A DNA stretch of 64,000 nucleotides, taken from Thermoanaerobaculia bacterium. Its GTDB lineage: Bacteria; Acidobacteriota; Thermoanaerobaculia; UBA5066. Below are positions 21,410 to 32,208 of this stretch, piece after piece. A program made the position numbers and the translations under genes. The DNA is taken from the NCBI GenBank assembly GCA_963816185.1, contig CAWFJJ010000024.1:544001-608000 (forward strand), given 5' to 3'. The notes under the pieces are model-generated. The model was not told the origin of the DNA and ran no database searches. It saw nothing but the letters and a program-made list of their open reading frames with translations. Each line of letters opens with the position of its first letter. Position 1 is the stretch's first letter.

Positions 21410-22681
21410 TTACTCGCCCTTTTCGGGGCCGTGCTCCTTCTTCGGCACTTGAGCCTGGCCTCCCTGCGGGGCTGCGTCGGGCTGATGACTCTGCGCGTGC
21501 TGGGGAGGGGCCGCTTTCGGGGGTGGCGCCGGGTGCGCGGACGACGTGACCACGGGCCCCTGACCGCGGGGCGGAGGGGCAGTCTGGACTCGAGAAGCGG
21601 ACGCGACGTGCCGCTCGCGCGCGGGCGTGGCCGGCTTGGCGATCACGACCGCCGGGTCTGCCGTCCGGGCGTGCACCTTCTGGGATTTCGCGGGCTCCAC
21701 GCGAACACGAGCCGGTGCGGTCTGCACGTGAGATACGGTCTTCTTCTGCGCAGGCGAAGAAGTGCTCTCATGCGCCCGGATCGTCTTCTCGTGTTGCGCC
21801 GGCTTCTCGGGGGCCACCCGCGCCGTCTTCTGCACCGCCTGGGATCCTTCGTGCTTCACCGTTGCACTGTGCCGCGGCGCGGGCGAGACCTCGTGTGCGA
21901 CCTTCGCGGCCTGCGGCGACGCGATGAACTTTGCTCTCTCAGCGGCCGGCGAGATCACGTTTCCCCGCTGGCCCCGGAGACCGGCGGCGAGCGGCACGGC
22001 CTTCGTGCGCGCGTCTCCGACGCTGACTCTCGCGATCTTCCTCTGCGTGGCGTGCTCCACCTGTACGACGGTCGGTCCGCCGCTCGTCAGCACGCCGCCC
22101 GAGGCGGCGAACCGTGTGATGGGCCGCGTACGAGAGAGGAGTGTGGCGTTCTGGGTTACGGGCACGCGCACCGTCCCCGCGTTCACGCCGACGAACCGGG
22201 TCGCGGGCACGAAGACGTAGGACGAGCGCGAGACGGTCACGGGAGGTCCGAGGTAGCCGGAGGCCCCGACGCTGAACGACGGCGGGACCGGCGCCCATCC
22301 GATGTCGTTGTCGCCGACGTACCACGTCACCCATGCCGGAGCCCAGATGATGCCCGGGATCCAGACCCATCCGTAGGAGTCCGACCGGCTCCACGTGCCG
22401 TAGTGGTACGGGTCGCCACCCCACGGGTCGTACGACACCCAGGTCCAGCCGTCCTCGGTGTAGAGCCACTCCCCGTTCAGATAAGGTTGCCAGTCTCGAT
22501 CGATTCCGCGGGGTCGCCAACAATGACCGTAGCTTTCCACCGTGACCCAGTCACCGTGAGGGCTCAGCTCGTCGTAGAAGAAGGAGATGCTGACGCCTCC
22601 GCTGGCGTCCGCACGGCTCAGTGGCGCCGCGACCGAAACGGCCAGGGCGAGGAGGAGGACGGGACGAAGACATTTTCTCAT
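21410..22681 (-). CDS. DUF6600-like secreted protein with basic low-complexity tail
   Basis: FYDELSPHGDW, WRP, YHYGTW, WAPAWVTW, IGWAPVPP. Confidence 0.8.
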   Translation of the reverse strand: MRKCLRPVLLLALAVSVAAPLSRADASGGVSISFFYDELSPHGDWVTVESYGHCWRPRGIDRDWQPYLNGEWLYTEDGWTWVSYDPWGGDPYHYGTWSRSDSYGWVWIPGIIWAPAWVTWYVGDNDIGWAPVPPSFSVGASGYLGPPVTVSRSSYVFVPATRFVGVNAGTVRVPVTQNATLLSRTRPITRFAASGGVLTSGGPTVVQVEHATQRKIARVSVGDARTKAVPLAAGLRGQRGNVISPAAERAKFIASPQAAKVAHEVSPAPRHSATVKHEGSQAVQKTARVAPEKPAQHEKTIRAHESTSSPAQKKTVSHVQTAPARVRVEPAKSQKVHARTADPAVVIAKPATPARERHVASASRVQTAPPPRGQGPVVTSSAHPAPPPKAAPPQHAQSHQPDAAPQGGQAQVPKKEHGPEKGE

Positions 22682-22718
22682 CTATCGATCTCTCCTTGGA
22701 GATCCAAACCAGGGAGAA

Positions 22719-22733
22719 GCAAACCGCGCGCCG
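22719..22733 (-). promoter_or_regulatory. Sigma-54 promoter
   Basis: CGGCGCGCGGTTTGC upstream of 22681. Confidence 0.65.
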
Positions 22734-22753
22734 GTGCTCGAGGGGGAATTCGC

Positions 22754-22768
22754 TGGCTCCGCGTTTGC
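22754..22768 (+). promoter_or_regulatory. Sigma-54 promoter
   Basis: TGGCTCCGCGTTTGC upstream of ATG 22802. Confidence 0.65.
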
Positions 22769-22801
22769 TGCTCTTTCGACGAGAAGGAGCCAGCAGGCGC
22801 C

Positions 22802-24377
22802 ATGCGCCGGATCGCGCTTTACCTCATTGCCGTCCTGTGCGTGCTCGCCACCCCGCGTGCGGGGGCGGAGGAGGTGGCTCCCGGCACTCCCATCGTGGCG
22901 GTGCTGATCGACCGGCACGACGTCTACGATCTCGGCGACCCGTCCACCTCGTCGTGGCCCTATCGATGGGTCGACGCCCTGCACATCCTCACCCGCGAGA
23001 ACTTCATTCGCTCCCTGCTGCTCTTCCAGGTCGGCGACCGGCTCGACCCTCTGCAGCTGGCCGAGAGCGAGCTCATTCTGCGAGGCACGGGCTTCCTCAA
23101 CCCAGTGAACATCTCGGCGCACGCAGCCCCCGGCGGGGCCGAGGTGGTGGTCGAGACCCACGACCAGTGGACGACCGGCGTCAACGTCAGGTTCGGCATG
23201 TCCGGGGATCGCCGTACGGTCGGCTTCGGTCTCTCGGAAGACAACGTCCTGGGGCTCGGCAAGAGCCTCCTTTTCGACGTCACGTCGGACCCCGAACGGA
23301 CCTCCACGACGTTCCGGTACAGGGACATCACGTTCTTCGGCAGCCGCTGGCAGCTCGAGGTGGAGCACCAGTCGTCCTCCGACGGGTCGACGGATCACCT
23401 GCGGGTCGAATACCCGTTCTTCTCCCTGACGACGCCGCGGGCGGGGGCTGTCGACTGGAGCCGCGACGAGTCCCTGAAGTACCTCTGGTCGGAAGGGGTG
23501 CGGCGTGTCACGGGCGAGGCGAACACGCGAGACTGGGAGGTCTGGGGCGGGCTCCGGCTGCTTGGCAGCGGCATTCGCACCGACCGCCTCCTCGCGGGAG
23601 CGTTCGGCGAGCACGCCACGTTCAGCGACTGGCACAGCCTCACCGGTCCCTCGTATCCGCAGCCGCAGGATCGCAACCTGGTGGGTCCGGAAGTAGGTTG
23701 GGACCACCGGACGTTCCGCTGGAAGCTCGTGCAAGGGTTCCGGGCGTGGCTTCGACAGGAGGACCTGCCGCTCGGGCCCAACTGGACGGTCGTGACCGGG
23801 CTCTCGCTGCCGTTCTTCGGCGGCGACGGCGTGCGGCTTCGGTACCACGTGAGCATTCGAGTCGGGCGAGTTCGCGGGGCGGACCTACACCTGGCAGCGC
23901 GCGGACCTCTCGGGCCGATTCGAGGGCCGCAGCCTGGGCAACGTCGTCACTCATCTCGAGGTCGGGGGCGCCATCACGGGGTCAGCGGGCCTGCGGGTGC
24001 GAGTCGCCGCCGACCTCGGCCACAACCTCGACGGGGAGAGGCAGCTCACCCTCGGAGCCGACACCGGTCTGCGCGGCTACGATCCCAACACCTTCGACGG
24101 GACTTCCCGGGTGGTGACCAACCTGGAGTGGCGCCGTCGCATCACGGGCGAGCTCTTGCACGTGGCGGCGCTGGGCCTCACGGGGTTTGCCGACGCCGGA
24201 AAGACATGGGGAGCGCGAGTCGGGCCGTCCACGGAAGGGTGGCGCGGCGACGTCGGCGCGGGCGTCCTCGTAGAGCTCACCCGCGCGTCCCTCGTGCGCA
24301 TCGTCCGCTTCGAGGTGGCAGTTCCCGATCGCGGCGGAAAGCCCGTCTACCTCGTCACGACCGATTCTCTGTTCTGA
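22802..24377 (+). pseudogene. Omp85/BamA-TamA-family outer-membrane protein with one +1 frameshift near 23850-23880
   Basis: Signal peptide and POTRA-like start in one frame; LRGY motif and terminal Phe in the 23997-24377 frame. Confidence 0.75.
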
Positions 24378-24384
24378 ACGGCGG

Positions 24385-25902
24385 CTATTCGAGCGTTTGT
24401 TGGAGCCGCTCCGGCTCCAGCATGATCTCCGTCATCTTGAAGAAATGGTGCCCCTTCACCGCCATCGTCACGGTCTCGGCCAGCATCCGGGGCCTGGCCA
24501 GCAGCCCCTTCACGAGGAACTTCCAGTAGGCCCCGGAATAGGACGAGAACGTCTGCCGAACGAGGGAGAAGAGAAGAGCCCTCACCTCGGTGGTGGTGAT
24601 CCTCCGGGCCGACGTCCGGTGGCGCTTCACGGACTTCAGCAAATCGAGGCAGCGAGCGAAGTACCGACCCGGGTCGTAGATCTCGGAGAGGACTCGCTTG
24701 TAGCCTTCGAGCAGCTCCCTCACGTCCATCCGGGGGACGAAGTTGAGCCTCAGGTCGTGCGTGTTGTTTCCGCCGCCGGACTCTCCCGCGAGGCGTCCTT
24801 CCTCCTGAAGACGCCGGTGCAGCCGGGTGCCCGGAAGCGCAGTCAGGAGGCTCACCATGGCCGACGGGATGCCGGACTCCTGGATGAAGCGGATCTGGCG
24901 ATCGAAGATGTCGCGGGGATCCGTGTCGAAGCCGAGGATGAAGCCCGCCGAGACCTCCATCCCCTTCCGCTGGATCGTCCGAACGCCGGCCAGCATGTCC
25001 GATCTCAGGTTCTGCCTCTTTCCAGCGGACTCGAGCGTGGCGCGGTCCGGGGTCTCCAGCCCCAGGAAGACCATGTTGAAGCCGGCGGAGACCATCTGGT
25101 CCATCAGCTCGCCGTCCTCCGCGAGGCCGAGCGTCGCCTCGGTGAAGAGGCCGAAGGGATAGCCCCTCTCCCGCTGCCACGACGCCACGCGCGGCAGGAG
25201 CGCCTTGACCTCTCTCACGTTGCCGATGAAGTTGTCGTCGACAACGAAGACCGACCCTCGCCACCCCGCGTCGTAGAGGAGCGTCAGCTCCTTCAGGAGC
25301 TGGTCGGCGCCTTTCGTGCGGGGCCGGCGTCCAAAGAGCTCGACGATGTCGCAGAACTCGCAGGAGTGTGGACAGCCCCGGGAGTACTGGACGGCCATCG
25401 TCGAGTACTTCCGCTGCTTGACGAGGTCGAATCGCGGCGGGGGCGTGAGAGTGATGTCGGGGCGAGCGGTGTCATCGTAGACGCGGCCGGCCCGGCCCTC
25501 GGCGAAGTCGGCGAGAAAGCGCGGGAGCGTGACCTCCGCCTCGTTCAGGACGAAGTGGTCGACGCCCTGGATCTGCTCGTGGCAGCTCGACGGGTACGGC
25601 CCACCCGCCACGACCGGCGTTCCCAGTTCGTTGCAGAGCCGGACGACTCTCTCGTGCGACTCCCTCTGGACGATCATCGACGACGTGAAGACGACGTCCG
25701 CGCGGGAGACGGCCGACGCACGAAGCCGCTCCACATTCATGTCCACGAGATTCACCTCCCAGTCCGCGGGGAGGAGGGAGGCGACAGTGAGAAGGCCGAG
25801 CGGCGGGATGGAAGCCTTCTTGCCGATGAACGGGAGCGCATACGTCATGCTCCAGTACGTCGGCGGAAGCTCGGGATACACCAGCAAGGCCCTGACGGAC
25901 AA
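24385..25902 (-). CDS. B12-binding radical SAM protein (DUF4070)
   Basis: PPLGLLTVASLLP, RGCPHSCEFC (CxxxCxxC), GFILGFDTD; start uncertain (TTG 25902). Confidence 0.9.
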   Translation of the reverse strand: MSVRALLVYPELPPTYWSMTYALPFIGKKASIPPLGLLTVASLLPADWEVNLVDMNVERLRASAVSRADVVFTSSMIVQRESHERVVRLCNELGTPVVAGGPYPSSCHEQIQGVDHFVLNEAEVTLPRFLADFAEGRAGRVYDDTARPDITLTPPPRFDLVKQRKYSTMAVQYSRGCPHSCEFCDIVELFGRRPRTKGADQLLKELTLLYDAGWRGSVFVVDDNFIGNVREVKALLPRVASWQRERGYPFGLFTEATLGLAEDGELMDQMVSAGFNMVFLGLETPDRATLESAGKRQNLRSDMLAGVRTIQRKGMEVSAGFILGFDTDPRDIFDRQIRFIQESGIPSAMVSLLTALPGTRLHRRLQEEGRLAGESGGGNNTHDLRLNFVPRMDVRELLEGYKRVLSEIYDPGRYFARCLDLLKSVKRHRTSARRITTTEVRALLFSLVRQTFSSYSGAYWKFLVKGLLARPRMLAETVTMAVKGHHFFKMTEIMLEPERLQQTLE

Positions 25903-26008
25903 CGGACCTACTCCCCTCGTGCCCCGCGGCGATTCGTCTTGCCGTGGATTTCCCGCTCGTTCATGGCGCCTCCTCAATCTTAGACCCCCGAGAGTCCGGC
26001 CGTGCTAC

Positions 26009-26023
26009 GCAGGTGGTATGCCA
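26009..26023 (-). promoter_or_regulatory. Sigma-54 promoter
   Basis: TGGCATACCACCTGC. Confidence 0.65.
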
Positions 26024-26088
26024 TGCGGAGCGCGAGAGAGAGAGCCGAAACGTTGGTGCTAGCATCGTTTTAGTGAAGAGAGAAGGCG

Positions 26089-27129
26089 GTGGAGCCGCCT
26101 CGCATTCAGCGGATCGGAGGCGACTTGAGCTCCGGAGCGGTCTTCGTCACGGGCGGCACCGGCTTCGTCGGTGGCAGGCTCGTGGCGGCCCTCCTGGCTC
26201 GGGGGCGATCCGTTCGGGGTTTGGCACGTCCGACGAGCGAACGACCCCCCGCTGCCGAGCGGCTCGAGTGGGTGACCGGTGACATCCTCGACCGCGATTC
26301 GCTCCGGCGCGGGTTGGCCGGGTGTACCGAGGTGTTTCACCTGGCCGCGTACGCCAAGAACTGGGCGAAGGACCCGTTGTTGTTCTTCCGGCTCAACGTA
26401 GAGGGTGCCCGGAACGTCTTCGAGGTGGCGGCGGAGGCCGGCGTCCGGCGCATCGTCTACACGTCGACGGTGGTGGTCTTCGGGCCGACGCCTCGGGGAG
26501 TCGTGGGGAACGAGGAGATGCCGAGGGCGACTCTCCGCTTCTTCACGGAGTACGAGGAGAGCAAATATGTCGCCGAGAAGCAGGCCCTCGAGCTGACCTC
26601 GCGGGGCTTCCCGATCGTGGCGGTCCACCCGACGCGCGTTTACGGGCCGGGGAAGCTGACGGAAGGCAACTCGGTCTCCCAGATGATCGACTTGTACGAC
26701 CGGGGGAGGTTCCCCGTCGTGCCCGGCCGGGGCGAGAGCGTCGGGAACTATGCATTCGTGGACGACCTCATCGAGGGGCACGTCCTGGCGATGGAGAAGG
26801 GGCGGGTGGGGGAGCGGTACATCCTCGGCGGCGAGAACTCTTCGCTGAGGGGCCTCTTCCACCTCGTGGACGAGTTGACCCAAAAGAAACATGCCCAAAT
26901 CGGCCTGCCTCGCTCGGTCTCGATGTCCTACGCCGCCCTCGAGAAGCGCAAGGCCGAGTGGCTCGGTGTCTACCCCCGAATCACGCCCGGGTGGGTGGAG
27001 ACGTTTCTCGAGGATTGGGCCTACACCAGCGCGAAGGCCGAGCGCGAGCTCGGCTACCGCATCACTCCCCTCAAGGAGGGCGTTCGCCGGACCCTCGACT
27101 GGCTGCACCAGCGGAGAGGCTCTCGATGA
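26089..27129 (+). CDS. NAD-dependent epimerase/dehydratase (HpnA/DFR-like SDR)
   Basis: TGGTGFVG, YEESK, GERYILGGEN. Confidence 0.9.
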   Translation: MEPPRIQRIGGDLSSGAVFVTGGTGFVGGRLVAALLARGRSVRGLARPTSERPPAAERLEWVTGDILDRDSLRRGLAGCTEVFHLAAYAKNWAKDPLLFFRLNVEGARNVFEVAAEAGVRRIVYTSTVVVFGPTPRGVVGNEEMPRATLRFFTEYEESKYVAEKQALELTSRGFPIVAVHPTRVYGPGKLTEGNSVSQMIDLYDRGRFPVVPGRGESVGNYAFVDDLIEGHVLAMEKGRVGERYILGGENSSLRGLFHLVDELTQKKHAQIGLPRSVSMSYAALEKRKAEWLGVYPRITPGWVETFLEDWAYTSAKAERELGYRITPLKEGVRRTLDWLHQRRGSR

Positions 27130-27848
27130 TTTCGCGCCAGCCGCCGCCCTCGACCGGAGGCCTCATCCGTTCCGCCGACCGCAGGGCGACGATCGTACTC
27201 ATCAGCGCGCCGGTGCTCGGGATCCTCTTCGTGTACCTCGGAAGCAAGCCGTTCTACTTCCAGCATCTGGCGTCGTCGTTCGTCCTCGGGGGAAACAAGG
27301 AGCTGACCGCCGGGCTTTTTACCTTTGCGTCGGCGTTCACCCTCCTGGGCCTGGTCCCGGCCCTGATCGTGAAGTTCGTGTTTCGGGAGCCGCTCTCGGC
27401 CTACGGGGTGCGGGCGGGCGACCTGTCCTTCGGCGCGAAGGCCTTCGCCGTCGTCGCACCGGTCATGGTGCTCCTCAGCTTCTCGGCTTCGAGGACACCG
27501 GAGTTCCTCGCCCAGTACCCGCTGAACCGGGCCGCGGGCGACAGTCCGCTCTCCTTCGCGGGCCATGCGATCGCCTACCTCTTCTTCTACGCGGGCTGGG
27601 AGTTTGGCTTCCGGGGATTCGTGCAGTGCGGATTGCGCGACGAGCTGGGGGACTGGAACGCCATCCTCGTCCAGACGCTCGCCTCGTCCATCCTCCACAT
27701 TGGCAAACCCCTCGGGGAGACGCTCGGCGCGGTCCTGGGCGGGCTCGTGTGGGGCGTCATCGCCTTCCGCTCGCGCTCGCTGCTCGTCCCTCTTCTGACC
27801 CACTGGGTGCTGGGCGTCTCTCTCGACCTCTTCATCGTCTGTCGGTAG
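27126..27848 (+). CDS. CPBP-family intramembrane glutamic endopeptidase
   Basis: WEFGFRG, ILHIGKP.GE, LLTHW. Confidence 0.85.
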   Translation: MISRQPPPSTGGLIRSADRRATIVLISAPVLGILFVYLGSKPFYFQHLASSFVLGGNKELTAGLFTFASAFTLLGLVPALIVKFVFREPLSAYGVRAGDLSFGAKAFAVVAPVMVLLSFSASRTPEFLAQYPLNRAAGDSPLSFAGHAIAYLFFYAGWEFGFRGFVQCGLRDELGDWNAILVQTLASSILHIGKPLGETLGAVLGGLVWGVIAFRSRSLLVPLLTHWVLGVSLDLFIVCR

Positions 27849-27858
27849 CGGTGCCTCG

Positions 27859-28770
27859 ATGACCGAGAGGCGGGCGAAAGACGACACGGCGCGACTGGTC
27901 TTCGGGCGGCTGGAGCTGCGGACGGCCGACGCCGTCATCCTCGCTTCGCTCGCGGCGTTCAGCCTCCTGGCGGTGGGCGGGAGGGCGGCCGTCGAAGGCT
28001 GGCCTCTTCTGGTCGCCCGGAACGCCTGTGTCTGCGCGGCCGTCCTGATCTCGGCGGCCGTCACGCCGCGGATCCGGCGTCCCGCCCTTGCGTTCTTCCT
28101 CCGCACGGCCACGGTCACGCTCTCGTACGCCTACCTGTTCAGTGCCGTCGCTGGACTTCAGCTGATCCTCCACGGACGCTTCAGGGACGACCTCGTTCTC
28201 GCTTTCGAAGCGCGGCTCTTCGGCGTCCAGCCCACCTTGTGGATGGAGCGATTCATCGCGCCCTCTCTCACCGAGTGGATGATGTTCTGCTACGTGATCT
28301 ACGTACCGCTCTACCCGGTCCTGTGTGCAATCCTCTGGGTGAAGCGGGGATGGGCGGCTGCGGAGGAGTCGTTCTTCACGCTGGGCCTCGTGAACGTCCT
28401 GTGCGACGCCGGCTTCATCCTCTTCCCCGTTGCCGGCCCGATGTACTGGATGCCGGACCAGTACCGCGTGCCGCTTCACGGATGGGTTTTCACCTGGGCG
28501 GGGGAGCTCATCCGGACACGAGCTCATTTCGTGGGCGGCTCTCTCCCGAGCCCTCATGCCGCCGCCGCAACGGTCATGTGGTTCATGGCCTGGAAGCATT
28601 ACCGTCCGGCGTTCTGGGTCCTCGCGCCGGTGATCCTCTCCCTCTATGTCTCCACGTTTTACGGCCGGTACCACTACGTGTCGGACACGATCCTCGGCAT
28701 CGCGACGGCCGGGCTGGCGTTGATCGTCGCGCCGCCGCTCCAGCGGGCGTGGGACCGGCTCGCTGGCTGA
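27859..28770 (+). CDS. PAP2_3 / inositol-phosphorylceramide-synthase (AUR1)-like membrane phosphotransferase
   Basis: FPVAGP, SLPSPHAA, YGRYHYVSD. Confidence 0.85.
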   Translation: MTERRAKDDTARLVFGRLELRTADAVILASLAAFSLLAVGGRAAVEGWPLLVARNACVCAAVLISAAVTPRIRRPALAFFLRTATVTLSYAYLFSAVAGLQLILHGRFRDDLVLAFEARLFGVQPTLWMERFIAPSLTEWMMFCYVIYVPLYPVLCAILWVKRGWAAAEESFFTLGLVNVLCDAGFILFPVAGPMYWMPDQYRVPLHGWVFTWAGELIRTRAHFVGGSLPSPHAAAATVMWFMAWKHYRPAFWVLAPVILSLYVSTFYGRYHYVSDTILGIATAGLALIVAPPLQRAWDRLAG

Positions 28771-28780
28771 GCAGATACAC

Positions 28781-31326
28781 CTAGAGCAGTGCGTGGCGGC
28801 GGTAGAACCACGTTTTCACGGCCTGCACCAGCAGGAGGTACGTCAGAGCGAGGCCCGCGATTGCGGCGAGCAACGTGACGGGTAGCGGAACGAAACGCAG
28901 CAGGCTCCCGAGCGGCGTGTAGGGCAGCACCGCAGCGATCGCGACGACGGCCAGCACGCTGATCAGGAGGGACCGGCTGGGACGGCTCTTGAGCGGGTTG
29001 CCCGCCGTCCGGATCACGAACACGACTAGCGTCTGCGTGGCCAGGGATTCCACGAACCAGCCGGTGTGGAACAGCGGGGCGTTGGTGGACGCGTGAAACA
29101 CCCAGAGCAGGATCCCGAACGTGAGGAAGTCGTAGATCGAGCTGATCGGGCCGATGATCGTCATGAAGCGGAGGATGAAGCCGATCTGCCATCGCTTGGG
29201 CCGGCGCAGCAGGGCGGAATCGACGTTGTCGCCGGGAATGCTGATCTGCGAGCTGTCGTAGAGAAAGTTGTTCAGAAGGATCTGGGTCGGCAGCATCGGC
29301 AGGAAGGGGAGGAAGAGCGAGGCCGCGGCCATGCTGAACATGTTTCCGAAGTTCGAGCTCGTCCCCATGATGATGTACTTCATGATGTTGGCGAAGCAGC
29401 GGCGCCCCTCGACGACTCCGTCGTTCAGCACTCCGAGGTCCTTCTCCAGGAGGATGATCTTGGCCGCGTCCTTCGCCACCTCCACGCCATTCATCACCGA
29501 AATGCCGACATCCGCGGTGTGCAGCGACGGAGCGTCGTTGATGCCGTCACCCATGTACCCGACGACGTGTCCCCGGGCCTTGAGAGCCAGGATGACCCGG
29601 TTCTTCTGCTCCGGAGACACGCGCGCGAAGATGGCGGCGTTCTCGGCCTGGTAGGCAAGGGCGGCGTCGTCCATGGTGTCGACGTCGCCCCCGGTGACGA
29701 CGTGGTCGGCCGCCAGTCCGACGTCGTGCGCGACCTTCCGGGTGACGTACTCGTTGTCGCCGGTCATGACGACCACCGAGACGCCGTTCTGTTTCAGCGC
29801 CTCGAGCACCGGGAGGATTCCCTCCTTGGGCGGGTCCAGGAAGGCCGCGAACCCGACCAGCGTCATGCCGCGTTCGGCCGCGATCGTGTAGGCATCCTGC
29901 TTGTCCACCTTCAGCACGGCGACCCCGAGCGTGCGATAACCGTCGGCGCTCAGCTTCTGGAAGGTTGCGGCTGCCTGGGCCCGCCGGCCCTCGTCGAACG
30001 GCTGGGGCGAGCCTTCGACGTTCACGGTCTGGCAGACGGAAAAGACGCTCTCGACATCGCCCTTCGTGATGAGGAGGTGCGCATCCCCGTGCCGCACCAC
30101 CACCGAGAGGCGCTTGCGCGTGAAATCGAACGGGATTTCGTCCACCTTCTCGTACTCCGCGATGGGCGGCGGCTCGTGTTTGAGGACCGCGTCGTCCAGC
30201 GGGCTCTTGATGCCGGCCTCGAAGTGGCTGTTCAGGTAGATGAGCTGGAGGACGCTCTCGTCGTCCACGCCCTGGACGTTGACGTGGCGGTCGAGCACGA
30301 TCTCGCCTTCCGTGAGCGTGCCCGTCTTGTCGCTGCAGAGGATCTCGATGCTGCCGAAGTCCTCGATGGCCGCGAGCTGCTTGACGAGAACCTTCTTCTT
30401 GGTCATCCGCCGCGCACCCCGCGCCAGCGTGACCGTGATGATCATCGGCATCATCTCCGGCGTCATCCCGACGGCCAGCGCGACGGAGAAGAGGAACGAC
30501 TCCATGCAGGGGTCGATGAAGCACGATGTTGACCAGCAGGACGAAGAGGACGAGGAGGATGATGACCCGCGTGATCATCAGACCGAAGTGGCGTATGCCG
30601 CGGCCGAACTCGGTCTCCGGCGGCCGCGCGGCCAGGCGCTCGGCGATCGCGCCGAAAGCGGTATCTCTCCCCGTGCACACGATGACCGCACTGGCCATTC
30701 CGGTCTGAACGGCGGTGCCCAAAAAGACGCTGTTGATCGCGTCGCCGATCGGGTGCTTTCCCGCCGGGAGATCCTTCGCGGATTTCTCGACGGGCACGGA
30801 CTCGCCGGTGAGCGCGGACTCGCGCACATGCAGGTCCTTCGCGTCCAGCAAGCGGGCGTCGGCCGGCACCAGGTCTCCGGCGTTCAGCCGGACGACGTCG
30901 CCGGGAACCAGCTCGGCGATCGGCAGGTCGCTGCTCCCGTCCATCGCGCAGAACGGCGGCCATCGTCGCGACCTGCTTCTGAATCTCCTCCACCGCATGG
31001 CGCGCCTGGAACTCCATGAAGAAGTTCAGCAGGACGCTGAGCAAGACCATCGCGATGATGATCAGTCCGCCCACCCGGTCTCCCAGCGAGAGAGAAACCG
31101 TGCTCGCGACCAGAAGGATGATGACGAGCGGGTTGGCGAAGAAGCGAAGAAAGCCGAGGAGCGCGGCGAAGCGCTGCTTGCGGACGAAGCTGTTCGGGCC
31201 GTGGAGACGAAGCCGCCGCTTCGCCTCGTCGGACGTCAGGCCGGCCGGAGTGGTCCGCAGCAGTCCGAGCAACTCCGCCTGCGGCCGGTCCCAGAAGCCC
31301 AGCAGAGGCGTCTCGCGTGGTTCCAT
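28781..31326 (-). pseudogene. mgtA: Mg2+-translocating P-type ATPase with two single-base frameshifts (about 30930 and 30506)
   Basis: GLT..EA..RL N-terminus, LTGES, DKTGTLT, GDGINDAP, SSNFGNMFS spread over three frames. Confidence 0.9.
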
Positions 31327-31443
31327 GCGCCTTTCGAACCGTCGCGGCTGAATTTATCAGAGTCCTGGCCGATCCCTCCTACACGTCGGCGTTAGCGACC
31401 GCGAAGCCCGCGGCCGCCGCGAGCCCGCCAATCGGCGGTGCCG

Positions 31444-31731
31444 TCACCACCTCCGCCGGGAAAAGAGGTGAATGATCGCCACGAAAAGGGCGGCGCCGAT
31501 GATGGACCACAGGACCGGGAACGGATGCCCGCCGATCGTGACCATCAGAGGCTCCGGGAGCTTGAGGTGCCGGGCGACCCAGGGCCCGAGAAGCGCCCCG
31601 ATGAAGCCCAGGACGGTCGAGACGATCAGCCCGCCACGGGCGCTACCCGCGATGGCCTTCCCGATGGCGCCGCACACAGCCGCGATCACGATGAGAAGCA
31701 GGAGTGCCGGCAGGGATATTGTCATAGGCAA
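31444..31731 (-). CDS. GlsB/YeaQ/YmgE transglycosylase-associated membrane protein
   Basis: LGFIGALLG, WSIIGAALFV. Confidence 0.85.
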   Translation of the reverse strand: MPMTISLPALLLLIVIAAVCGAIGKAIAGSARGGLIVSTVLGFIGALLGPWVARHLKLPEPLMVTIGGHPFPVLWSIIGAALFVAIIHLFSRRRW

Positions 31732-31744
31732 GTTCCTTTCAGGC

Positions 31745-32131
31745 TCAGGCGTGTAACTTCTCGGCCGCTTCCGCCTCGGCCTTGGTCTTGTGCACCGTTC
31801 TGTCCGCGTGGTTCGGTGGAGAGTAGATCGTGTAGAGCTTCAAAGGTGCCGTCTTCGATGCGTTGACGACGTTGTGATAGGTCCCTGCCGGCACAATGAC
31901 TCCGTCGCCGTCGCGCACCAGGCGTTCCTCCTTCTCGTCGAAAACGAACCTGGCTTCGCCACGCTCGATGCGGAAGAACTGATCGACGTCGGGGTGAACC
32001 TCGTCGCCGATGTCCTCGCCCGGTTGGAGGCACATCACCACGAGCTGGGCGTGCTTGGCGGTGAACAGCACCTGCCGGAAGTATGTATTCCTGAGAGCCA
32101 GTTCCTCGATCGCTCCAACGTATCCGGTCAT
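31745..32131 (-). CDS. Cupin-domain protein
   Basis: EDIGDEVH, VPAGTYHNVVN, LYTIYSPPNH. Confidence 0.9.
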   Translation of the reverse strand: MTGYVGAIEELALRNTYFRQVLFTAKHAQLVVMCLQPGEDIGDEVHPDVDQFFRIERGEARFVFDEKEERLVRDGDGVIVPAGTYHNVVNASKTAPLKLYTIYSPPNHADRTVHKTKAEAEAAEKLHA

Positions 32132-32208
32132 TGTGGGCCCTCCTTTCCCTCGGAATTGCTGCGATGGGTTCCCACCGACGGTTCGGCCGCCGGACTCTTG
32201 CGCTCTCC

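Noticed and set aside
21365-22801. Long N-terminal extension of the Omp85-like ORF
   Set aside because: It is antisense to the DUF6600 gene; the signal peptide and promoter point to ATG 22802
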